This document shows positions 25,914-37,204 of a DNA stretch of 64,000 bases, piece by piece (positions within the stretch are counted from its first letter, which is position 1; the number at the start of each line of letters is the position of its first letter). This DNA comes from Squalus acanthias. Lineage: Eukaryota. Where the stretch lies: the NCBI GenBank assembly GCA_030390025.1, contig CM059431.1, positions 140,494,001-140,558,000 of the forward strand, in the 5' to 3' direction. The position numbers and the translations under genes are program-made. Below the pieces are notes generated by a model. It searched no databases and was not told the DNA's origin. It saw only the letters and a list, made by a program, of their open reading frames with translations.

Positions 25914-28900
25914 TTAAATTCTGAAAAGGCTGCCACGAGCTTTTCCCGACGGTGGGAGGGCATTGACCCCTCCCTTTGATCTGCCGCAGCCTGTTGCTGC
26001 TGCGCTGGGACTGGACTCTCCCTGGGCTGCCTTAGACTTGAGCCTACGCCTTGGGACACTCTGGGGACTTGACCATATCTTCCTGGGCTGGGTTATCCGA
26101 CCTGACCTATGGAGAGTTACCGAGGGCAGGAACTCCAGGACCGACGGACCGGGTTCCGAGACTTCCACCGTGGTGACCTGTGGTCCCACCACAGTCGCTG
26201 GCTCCGCCTCCCCTGACTCCGCCTCCCTGAACTCGGGTTCTGCAGCTTGTGGCACCGCCCTACTTGGCCCAGTAGGCGGCCCTTCACTCGCAGTCCCTAC
26301 CTCCCTCGAGGGCAAAACGTTCAAGGCGGGCGGCTCGGGCTCTGAGCCTTCTATCGCCACGCCCTGTGGTCCCCCCACAGCGGCTGGCTCCGCCTCCCCT
26401 TGCTCCTCCCCACTGCGTTCGGGACCTGCAGCTTCGGCCTCCACCCTGTGTGGATCTCTATCTGCAGCCCCTGTCTCCCCTATACCTGAATCGGTGGCGA
26501 CCCTTTCGTCCTCCGATTCCAACTCCTCCTCGCTTGTGTCACTATCTTCGTCGAGCTCCTCGAACTCTTCCTCATCTGACTCCCAACCCCCAAAAAATAT
26601 CTCACATTTTTCTAGGATGTCCTCTCCCCTGATGCAAGCTGCTTTGCCTGCCTGTGTGCCCTGTGGCCCTACCTGGGGCTGCGACTCCCCACTCGCCGGT
26701 TTGGCCCCTGTGGTTGGCCCTTGTGCACCTGGCTTATACAGTTTGCACTGATTTACGTGGAACCACTTAGTGCGCCGGGGTACCTTTACGGCGTATACCA
26801 TGGGACTCGCCTTATCTACAATGCTGTAGGGTCCCATATACAGTGGTTCCAGACTCCCTACTCTGGCGTAGTTTCTGACCATGACCTGGTCTCCCACTTC
26901 CCACTCCCGCGTTTTGCGGGGTTCCAGCAACAGGCGATTGCCCTGATGCTACCTTCCCATGTTCCCAGCCGCCTGCTCATAAACCTGCTTCAGGCGCACC
27001 AAGAGGGTCTGGACGAACTTGTCCCTGCTTATCTCTTGGAGCTGACACACAGTGAGCACCGGCGCTAGCACATGGGTGGGGGTTCGCATGATCCTCCCAG
27101 TCATCACCTCGTGCGGGGAGTACCCCGTACTTTTCGACTGACTGGCCCGGACCCCCATGAGGACTAAAGGCAGAACCTCTGCCCATTTTTGGGGCGAGTT
27201 CATAGTCTCTTTCCTCAATTTCTCCTTCAGGGTCCGGTTCATACGTTCAACAATCCCGGATGACTGGGGATTGTGTGCTACGTGCCATTTCCCTTCAATG
27301 CCCAAAAGCATGAGGGTGGTCTGCATCACCTGGCCGGTGAAATGACCCCCTTGGTCTGACTCCACAAAACGGGGGAGTCCCCACCGCGAGAACACCTCCC
27401 GGACCAAGATTTTTGCAGTACCCAGCGCCGTAGCTGTTCTACAGGGGAAGGCTTCCACCCATTTGGAAAACACATCCACCAAGACGAGGCAGTATTTATA
27501 GCCTCCCTGGGTGGTGGGCAGGGGCCCTATAGAGTCGATCTGTATCGACTGCCATGGTCCCTCTACCCTCCTGACGTGCCCCATGGGCACTTTCCTTTTC
27601 TGGGGGTCTGGGTTGTTTGCAGCGCACACGAGACAGCTTGCACAGAACTCGCGGACCTGTTCCCTGAGCCCCGGCCACCATCCCGCTTGCTCTACCCGTT
27701 GCCAGGTAACCTCGGGCCCGGGGTGCCCTGCCCCCGGTCCCTCATGAGCCAACTGGAGGAATTCCCTCCTGTGCTGCTGCAGCACAACCCACTGCTCCTC
27801 GCGGAACAGCATGCCTTCCTTAACGGAGAGGGTTGCCGTACTGTACGGACCCTCTACCTGCTTCCCCTCAGCAAGGGTTCTGAGGACTGCTTTTAGGGCG
27901 GGATCCTGGTTCTGGACGGTCTTAAGGTCTAGGGGCAATGCTACCCTGGTGTTCCCGGGATTCCCGTCCCTGCCTTGGATCGCTGCCACGGGTCTGGGCC
28001 CATAGGGGTCCCAGAAAATGCCGTTGCGGGCGCCCTCCCTGGCTAGCGCATCCGCCTGCTGATGCACTCCCCACGGGGCTCTGTGGAGGAGTGAGCCTTC
28101 ACCTTATGGATGAAAATCTCCCCTTCCTCCCCTACTGCTGCTAGGATCATTTCCAGCAAGGGCTTCACCGTTAAAGGTCGCCCGTCCGCGGAGGTATATC
28201 CACGGCGGGACCAAATGGCCAGGTATTCCGTACACGAATTGCATGTGAACATACTGTCCGAGCAAATCGTGTATGGGGTTGGGAAAATTTCTGGGTGGGT
28301 AACGACGTACACCACTGCAGACAGCTCAGCCTGCTGCACGCTCATGGTGCTGGGGAGCTTAATCGCCAGGGCAAGGTTTGCCGCAGGGTCATAAACTCCA
28401 CACCCTGTGTGTCGTTCGCCAGCGGACACTGTGCTGGAACCATCAACATAAATCTCGCGCCCAGTGGGATGTATCCCGGCCCGCAAACCTATGTTGACTT
28501 CCCACACCCCTTCCACCGAACACTGGTGGGCTGTACCGGGGTATACCAAATTGGCTGCAAGCCTGGGCTCGCAAAGACCTTTAACTCTAAGATCCATCTG
28601 GGAAAGAAGAAGGGTCCAGCGCGCAATACGCACGCTACTTACGGTCCCATCTTTAATCCTCCCATCTAGAAGCATCTTAGTTGGTGTGTGATGGGTGAGG
28701 AGAGTGATGGGAGAGAGCCCTGTGAAGATCGCTGATCATTTCACAGCCCAATGCGTGGCTAAAAGGTGCCTTTCGCAATTGGAGAAACTTCTCTCCACAT
28801 CCGTTAACACCCTGGACGAATAGACAACCGGCCTCAGCTTGCCGTGACGCTCTTGGAGCAGCACAGCGCTCAAGCTGTCCCCGCTGGCAGCTACCTCCAG

Positions 28901-30404
28901 GAAAAACTCCTTCCCCCCATCTATGGCCCCTAAAGCTGGCGCGGTCTGCAGATCCCTTTTTAACTTCTCGAAGGCTGCCTGGCAGCCCTCGTCCCAAGAC
29001 CACTCCACTCCCTTATGGAGGAGTCGGAGCAGCGGCGCCGCTGTGGCCGCATAGTCTTCGATAAAATCCCTGCAGTAACCGGTCAGTCCCAAAAAGGACC
29101 TCACACCCCTTATGGTGTTGGGAATCGGTAACTCTTGCACCGACTCCCTCCTAGCCTTATCTATGGCTCTTTCCCCAGCGCGAATGGTCAGCCCCAGGAA
29201 TTTTACTTCCTGCTGACCGATACGTGCTTTCTTAGGGTTCACTTTAAAACCCTTTCTCGCTAGCAGCTCCAATAACTCGGCCAGCAGTGGTCCATGCTCC
29301 TCCCTTGAATCCGTAAATAGGAGCAAATCATCCACGTACTGCACTATCTAATTGGGCTGACTAAACTCCTTTAAACTTCCTGCCATACACTGATGGAAAA
29401 TACTGGGGCTGTTGTGGAAACCCTGTGGCAGACAGTTCCATGTGTATTGTTGTCCTTTGAAAGTAAAGGCAAACTTGTACTGGTCCTCTCGCCGCAGCGG
29501 GATGGACCAAAAACCGTTCGAGATATCCAGCACCGTGAACGTGGTCGCGGACGCTGGGATACTCCCTATTAGGTCAGCGACTGCTGCTACCGTGGGCGCG
29601 CAGGCGGGAATGTTACTGTTAAGGACTCTGTAGTCCACCGTGGCCCTCCACGAATTATCCGGCTTCCTAACCGGCCATAATGGGGAGTTCACGTGTGTGG
29701 CTATCGGCCTCAACACGCCCTGCTGCACCAAGGAGGACATTGCTGTCTCCATATCGGGTTCTGCTTCTTTGGGGAAGTTATACTGCTTTTGGGGCCGGGT
29801 CATGGGGTCCCCATCTACGCTGACCTCAAACCCGGTAACCCTCCCACAATCGTGCTTGTGGGTTGCAAACGCGTGCATATTATCTGACACGTACGCTTGC
29901 ATGTCCGTTGGGACATCCGCGACCATAAGCCCGAGGTCGTAGCCTCCGGATGGCTTCATGGTACACAGGGCCCCTGTTTCTTCCTCCCCCGGAATTACCA
30001 CTACCTCGCCTTCTCCACCCTTGGTCCCCCAGAGACAGTGATTCCTGAGGTCCACAAGGATCCCGTGCCCCGATAGGAGATCGGACCCGAGGATACCTCT
30101 CCCACCCCCCTCTTGCCATTTCATCAGTATGCACTTCCACGTGGTGTGGAGCGCTCCTAAATGAATGGCTAGCGGAAGGGAGAACGCGCCAGCCTGTTCT
30201 TTTCCCGTGAACCCCGCTAATGTGAATGGGACCTTGGTAGATAGCGGTGAGTCAAAAGGGCTATCTGTATGAATCACGGTGCAAGAAGCTCCCGTGTCCA
30301 ACAAATAACTACCCTTCTGTTGCTCTACCTCCATCTCCACCAGGGGTTCGCTTCCACGCATCATAGCTGAGCGGACACAGGTAGACGGGCTGCGCGGGCT
30401 CTAG
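25914..30404 (-). pseudogene. pol: ERV Pol (PR-RT-tether-RNase H-IN + long C-terminal extension); 3 stops, 2 frameshifts
   Basis: PR LLDTGAS. RT LDISNGFW, LPQGFHNSP, YVDD. RNase H YVDGS/AEL/SDS/KVKAH/ADALA. IN HHCC, IDSIGP, ESDQG, VERMNRTLKE, GPY. Stops at 29348, 28736 and 26949; frameshifts near 30347 and 28065. Confidence 0.95.
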
Positions 30405-32138
30405 TCATTGGGTACTTTTGGACGGGGCTGTGGCACCTGCGGGGCCGGTAGCAACCGCCACCCTTCCATGCACACTCATGAGGGTGCGCATGGCTCCCAA
30501 CACTGATTCGATCGCGTCGGGATGGATGGGTGCACTAGCTCCCCTATCAGAGACAGGCGCCTGGGCTCGGACCACCGGATTTTTATCCCTGGAATCCTTC
30601 CAAGGGTTCCTGCAGTTCTTACGCCAGTGCCCCGTCTTCCCACACCCGTAAGAAGCATTGCTGGCCTGCGGAGCGCGGTTACCCTCCTGATGCCACTCCT
30701 TTTGAGCCGGGGCTGCGGGTCGTACCTCATGCACCTTTCCCTTAAGGGGACGTGCTCCCGTACTCCTGGTATTACGGTACCCTATCGTGAGTCAATTTAG
30801 GACCGACTCCTCTGTAGTGGCGGGGTCAGTGGGATCAAACCACGCTTTTGCCTGCTCCCTGACGGCTGGCAAACTGTTGGCTACTATACACCTGAGCCAA
30901 TGAGTTAGACCGGCGCCGTCCAAATCGGTGCGCTCTGGCGCACCTGGGCAGCTACGCTGGTATACTGGCCACAGCCTGTTGGCGAAAACCTTCGGGGGTT
31001 CTCCCTCCATCTGCACTGTTTGTCCTAGTCTAACGAACGGACCTTCATCGTCCATTCCCAACACTTCTAGGACCTCATCTCTTAGCTCCCCATAGGTATT
31101 AGTTCCCCTCTTGCTCTCGTCTGAGAGACACTGAAGGATCGAACTATCTAGTGAGAATAACAGCATTTTTGCTTTTTCTCCATCGTCGCAGCCGTTAATG
31201 GCTGCGGTTTGCTCTACTTCCCTGAAATGTACGGAAGGGTCGTCTGACTCGGCCAGCTTCCGTACGTGACTGATCATAACCCTCAGCTGGTGTGCGCTGT
31301 GAGGCAACACAAGCTGGTTGAGGAGATCCCCCTCTGCCCCATTGATTCCGTTCGGGCCCCTTTTGAAACCCGTGACCGGACACAACGGTCCCGGCTTCAC
31401 TTCTACCTCAGTGGGCTCTTTCTTTACCTCTACCACTTCCTCCCTCACCCAGGTTGCCGAATAGCTGGGTGGCGCGGAGGGCATAGTGGCTAATACTTCC
31501 TCTGCTTTGTTCGGTGGGGATTTCTGAAATCCCTCATCTACTAGCGGCTGGTGTGCTGACGGGCTGATAAGGCACACAATGCCGTGCGCTTTGTTCACGG
31601 CCCTTTTAAGGTGCTCTATCTCTCTTTGGCAGACGCTGTGGTCGGCCCCCTGAAATTTATCCTCGAGGGCCATCTTATATGCCGCCCTAACCCCCGTTAA
31701 GCTCTCTTCCTGGGCTTTTATTTGGGCAGCTAGGGGGGCACATCGTTCCTTTAATCTACCCTCACTTAACTTTGCCTCAGTGACCTGGCACTCGAGGTAA
31801 TCTATTTTTGTTTCATGGTGGTTGGCGACTAACTGGCGTTCTTGATGCAACGCATTTAAAGTCGTGATGAGCTGCTGCCCCCCCGCGACCTTCTCGTCCA
31901 TTTCCACCACTAAACTCTTGATCTGAGCTGCCTGCGCTAAGATGACCTGGTCCGAAATTTGGACTTGTCTTTTATAGCACATCAGCCAGACCGCTTTCTC
32001 CACTGCCTTTTTATGTTCCTTGCTATCTGTCCACCTCTCGGCTGCCTCTAGTGGACGCTTATCCACCAGCAGGTCACTTATCCATTTCTTAGTCAAATTC
32101 ACTTTTCCAAACACATAATCTGCTATTCTCTCTTCCAT
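30405..32138 (-). pseudogene. gag: ERV Gag (coiled coil, late domains, capsid-like region, CCHC knuckle); one in-frame stop at 30792-30794
   Basis: ATG lies ~54 nt after the PBS. The two ORFs are in the same frame. Contains PSAPPSY and (S)YGCGKTGHWRKNC, a knuckle with its first Cys mutated. Confidence 0.88.
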
Positions 32139-32191
32139 GACATTTCACCCATTCATACCAGGGTCTAACACATTATTCTCTCGCTGCCAGT

Positions 32192-32209
32192 GTCCTGCCG
32201 CGGTCGCCA
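32192..32209 (-). promoter_or_regulatory. Primer binding site, tRNA-Arg
   Basis: Minus strand TGGCGACCGCGGCAGGAC, 5 nt after the 5' LTR. Complementary to ...GTCCTGCCGCGGTCG-CCA, which I recognise as a vertebrate tRNA-Arg(TCG) 3' end. Confidence 0.85.
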
Positions 32210-32214
32210 TTTTC

Positions 32215-33870
32215 TGTAAGGGTTTTGTGTGTGTGACACGCCTGAGGCAATGTGCGTAGCCTGGGTGCTAGTGCGAGGTTAGGCCTTGTTGCCTGTTCTG
32301 GTCTCCAGCCAGCCTGGTAGCACTAGACACCTGTGAGTGGTTCGACCCACTCGCCCTTACGGATCTGACACTGGACTTAGATGCGAGAGCAATAACACTG
32401 AGAAAACTCAGGTAGACCCGGTTGAATAGTGCGAAATGGAAAATCTTTATTGCATATTATTCAAGATTACGAAATACATGTCATAAGCACAGATTAATGA
32501 CAGTACAATCTTACACGCAGTTATGTAACTAATTTTAGGGAAACGAGGAGCGCACGACACATCGAAAAAGGGGGCACACATTACAATTATCCTTAAAACT
32601 TAAACCCTCCCCTATCAATACCTGACCTAAACTAGATTTGTAGGATGGAGACTAATGCTCACCACTCGTGATAACTCGGAGAATTCCGAAACTCTGCTCG
32701 GATGTTTTTACCGCAGCACCTGACCACCCACGTGTTGATCAGGGGTCTCTGTACCCCACTTGTTTACTCGTTTCTGCTCCGGCTAGCAGGCTGGACCGTC
32801 TGCTGTCATGAAGATCTGTGTTGTCCTCGGAGTTCCGACACGACTCGAAAAAATAGTCTTCCTGTGCCCTCACGCCAGTTTGTAAAACTCAAAGAATGGT
32901 CTTCCTGGGCAAGGAAAGTGTTTATTCGACCTACAGGCGCGGTCGGGGCTTACTGACCGTGGCGATACGTATGGTCGTCTTCTTCTCTTCTCATCTCATC
33001 TCATCTCATCTCATCTCGGGCCTTCGGTTCCAACACCGTTTACCGACTTCTCGGGATGGTGTGCCCGTTTCAAGGCTTCACAGCCCAGTTCCACACAGAT
33101 CTTCGCGGCAAGCCACGAGGTCGATCCTGGCGGATCAGAAAGTTCAATAGTCTTCTAGCAAGTCGAGCAGCAAGGAGTCAAGAGACAGCGTCGCAGGCGA
33201 AGAGGCAAGAGACAGATGCAAGAGCAAGCGGCAAGAGACAGATGGACGGTTGTACCTTTACAGTTATAGTGCTGCAATTCCTCTTTTTCCGCCCAATCTT
33301 AATGTCTTTTCTTTTGTCAGGGTTTTGGCGCTCAAACTTCTTGTATAGGGTGATCTCCGTTTTAATGGGTTTCTGTGATACTTGTAACTGTCTGAGTACC
33401 CGTTAATACTTCTCCCATTGTGTAACCAGTCAGTATTCTCCCTGGAGGGCTTTTGGGGCTTCCAAATGTTTCTGTAACTACCCGCAAGCGGCTCTCTCAT
33501 CGTAGAGTCGTGGGGATTTTGCATATTAATGTCTCTGGATGGGTTCTTGATCGCTCTGTACAATAGCCCTTATTCGCAGCTGGGAGACCGATTCCAGTAT
33601 TTATGTGTAAAATGCAAACCCATTATGTCTTGTGAATTATCTCAAATGTGCTGAGTCTTGTCCGATCTCGCACAAAAGTTTATTGGAACGCCATCTTGTC
33701 TGCTTATCGAAAAGTCTAGAATGTTCTGCCATGAGGCGTGGCGGCCATTTTACAGGCTGCTTGTGTCCACTTTGAAAACCTGACAGCGTTCTGCTGAAAT
33801 AAAGCTGTTTGTACGAAACTATGTGTCTCCTCCTTATTTATAAAATCGCGATAATATTGCGAATTCTACA
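32215..33870 (-). repeat. 5' LTR of ERV (1656 bp)
   Basis: TG...CA termini, adjacent to the PBS, flanked by AGAG. Differs in length from the other LTR by two TCTCA units and one T. Confidence 0.95.
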
Positions 33871-34724
33871 AGAGATAGACTTCAGGAAGACAGGCTGGTG
33901 AAATGGTCGGCACGTGTCAGATGAAATTTAATGCAGAAAAGTGTGAAGTAATATATTTCGGTAGAAAGAATGTGGAGAGAACATATAAACTAAAGGGTAC
34001 GATGCCAAAGTGGTTGCACGAATAGAGGGACCTGGGGCTATGTTTGCACAAATCGTTGAAGGTGGCAGGGCAGCTTGAGAAAGCAGTTACAAAAGGATTA
34101 CGGGATCGTGGGCTTCATAAATAGAGGTATAGAGTTAGAAATCAAGGACGTCATGATGAACCTATATAAAACACTGCTTCGGCACCAACTGGAGTACTGT
34201 GTCCAATTCTGGGCACCACACTTTAGGAAGGATGTGAAGGCCTTCGAGAAGGTACAGAAAATATATACGATAATGATTCTAGCAATGAGGGTCATCAGTT
34301 ACTTGAATAGACTGGAGAAGCTGTGGTTATTCTCCTTGGAGCAGAGAAGATTGAAAGGAGATTTAATAGAGGTGTTCAAAATCATGAGTGACTGGACAGA
34401 TTAGTTAGAGAGAATCTGTTCCCATTGACAATATGTTCGAGAACCAGAGGACACAGATTAAGGTGATTGGCAAAAGAACCAAAGGCGACAAGAGAAAAAA
34501 CTTTTTTACGCGGCGAGTGGTTAACATCTGCAATACACTGCCAAAATGGAGTTGTAGGAGTATCTGAGGGGGGGAAATGCAGAGCTAAGGGGAAGCGGCA
34601 GGGGAGTGGGACTAGCTGAGAGTCGGTACTGGCTTGATGTGCCGAATGGCCTGCTTGCGTGCTGTAACCATTCTATGGTTCTATGTAACTGACTAGATGG
34701 GCTGCTTCACTTTCTCCTTTTCCT
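33871..34724 (+). mobile_element. CR1 LINE 'A' 3' part (original flank of the ERV)
   Basis: Continues the CR1 broken at 20706 (LEYCVQFWAPHFRKD; tail ttctatggttctat) and runs on into unique sequence. Confidence 0.9.
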
Positions 34725-35019
34725 GTGTAACAGGCCCGAGAGGCTGTCACAATAAGTCGGTGGCGTGTCTCCTAACCATAAGCTTCACTCACATCGGAAT
34801 TTCGGTCATGTCTTTCCACTTTCCTTCCTGTTCCACACTGCAGTTTGCAGCTTCATTTTCTACAGGTACCCAGAGTCAATGCAAACGTGAATCTAATGCT
34901 ACATAAAGGGGATATTTCCGTTCACCTGGTATTGTTTAAAATAACCATCCTACTGTTTTCTTGAACAGTGAACTAATCAAAGCTGCATCAAGAACTGACA
35001 CTGAGCTCTAATGTTGGAT

Positions 35020-36160
35020 TGCATTTTTGTTTTGACTTAATTTATGTGTTTATCTTTAAACCAGGCTGAGAAATATCAGCAAAGTCTTCAGCTCTTCTCT
35101 GTATTTGGTCAAAGTTGATCCATAGTTGCGCATGTTCGTGCAGGAATTCAGATGCATGAGCCTGAACCCGGATTGATGTTTTCCGGGTTGGTGTAATCAC
35201 CTTGGTAATGAGCGCTTGCCGTCATTCTGACAACTAAAAAAACTCGCAGCAGCCGTCAACCACCAGAAGATAAAACTCTGCGATAGAGTGAAGAGCGAAA
35301 TGATCGATCAGTTTCGGTTCTCCCTCTCATGATCGCTCTCCTTCTCGTTGCTATGACCCGGAGTTACCTGCGGACTCGATTGGACGGCAACATGAGTCTC
35401 ACGGTCAGATAATTAAACAGTGAAATCAAAACAAATGGCAGCAAGGGGAAAACATAGATTTCACCGGGAATATGTTGCCCATGAGGGGATTGTTAGGAAT
35501 TCCACACGTGTGCTGCACATTGTCAATTGTTTCTTCCGGTTCAAGGCATCAGAGGCTGTCACTTAAACAGAACAGATTGGTGATCCCTGTTAGACCGCGG
35601 CTGCAGTCCTCTCCGTGCAATACGACATTTTAAACTTCAAGCAGCATATCGCCGCAAAGCGTTCAATGATAAAGGAGAGGGTGAATTGCACGGACCTTCC
35701 CAGTCTTGTGGAGCTTCTGCACATTGTTACGAAGAATGTGTGTAACACTGATAAATTATTTTACTCAGATTCCCTGATCAGTACGGTGAGCTGAAAGGAC
35801 AAAATCCAGTCCGATGTTTGATAATAATCCTGAATATTTATACGATTTAACTAAACATTGTATTCCAAAACTCGTTGATGACTCACTATAACTAGATTTA
35901 CAACACACTGCCACCAGGACAAGTCAATATAAACAGGCACACAGTGTCAAATAATGCTTTAATCAATATGGTAATAATATCGGTAGATGTCGAGGGAAGC
36001 TGCCTGTTCTATAGATGCAAACATGTGTTGAATCTGAGTCTAATTTCCTAGAGTTCACTGCGGCCAAGGAAAGCCTAGAAAACTGCGTCTTATTATCATG
36101 TTTACTATTGTTCCAAACAGTAATTGTTAAAAAGCAACAACGTTGTTTGGTCACCAAATG
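35020..36160 (-). pseudogene. Heavily degraded second GPR139-like GPCR
   Basis: Manual minus-strand translation gives FTLSFIIERFAAICCLKFKMSYCTERTAAAV, SIISLFTLSQSFIFWWLTAA and LMHLNSCTN...KYREELK, collinear with the 9.5-10.9 kb receptor. The 5' boundary is uncertain. Confidence 0.75.
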
Positions 36161-37204
36161 TTAGTTACGAGATTATCGAAGTCGCTCTAGCTGACCTGGG
36201 ATTGGCTGTACTGAAGGTGTGGGGGACAGAAGGTCATTAGCGCCAGATAGCACCTGATAAACACAACAACAATACAAGTAATATTAGGAATCAATTCAAC
36301 ATCTTAGCACCACACATTAAATGGAAATGTGCATCAAGTAAGGAAAAGGATCTATCTCACAGTTTACAGTGAGAGAACTGTAATAATGGAAAAACATTGT
36401 GAAGCACCTCGAGCCTAAATTAGTCCAACAGGAACCACGTGATACAGGCGGAAGCATTCGATACAGTGGAGCAGTGCGAGGTGGTCCTTTTTGTAAGGCC
36501 GACCAGCTTTATAAAAATAAACAGATCTTACAGCTAAACACTCTGTGGAAGAATACTTAGGTTATATAATTGACCACCTGTTACTGTTCATAAATAAAAT
36601 AGCTTCTTTAGTATCAGTGTTGTCGCATTAAAGCCAAACTCCTCTCCTTAAAGTTATATTTTTCTGGATCGATATGGGAGGAGAGAAAGGGAAAGGAGTC
36701 GCTATATCTGTAAAGGAAACGAACTACTCTAGAAAGCGCCGACTTTCGAACATCAGTTACAGAAGAAACTATTGGGATTCACTTCGTTCAAGGTCCCAAA
36801 TTAATCCCTCACACCTGTTACAGTGCCCCAGGAGAAGGCGTCCTTTGTGACGAGGCACTTTGAACACAAACTAATAAATACACTGGACTGGGACTATGTG
36901 GAGGTGGACCAGCAGACTGGCACTGGGCTAGTCCAAGACGGGCTTTGCCCAACGGGATAAAATGCAGCAAGTTTCACAGCCATCGCAGACCCAGAGGCGA
37001 ATCCGGGACAGGAACTCGAGCTTTCGCCGCCCAATGGATCAGAAGAATGGATCAGAAAAATATATTGTCTCCCATGCTATATTTGCTCAAACAGTCAGCA
37101 TATCTATGGAATCCAATCCCTGTAAAATAAGCACCTTAGACTCCACCAGAGATACTTGCAGAGAGAAATAGACAAGATTATTTTGTATATTTGCAACTCT
37201 GCAC

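Larger units (their letters stand above)
20707..33870 (-). mobile_element. Endogenous retrovirus, lokiretrovirus-like, near full length
   Basis: Two LTRs, PBS, gag-pol-env order, dual RNase H, F-type env, and AGAG TSD (20703-20706 / 33871-33874). Confidence 0.92.

Noticed and set aside
25963..26751. 262-aa antisense ORF (HBZ-like candidate)
   Set aside because: Low-complexity Ser/Pro/Gly shadow of the GC-rich integrase extension, with a non-ATG start and no motif. Would need conservation data to revive.
25914..32138. Ty3/gypsy retrotransposon or typical foamy virus
   Set aside because: The second RNase H and env argue against gypsy. The CCHC knuckle, in-frame readthrough junction, tRNA-Arg PBS and classical signal peptide argue against typical foamy viruses. 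A phylogeny is still needed.
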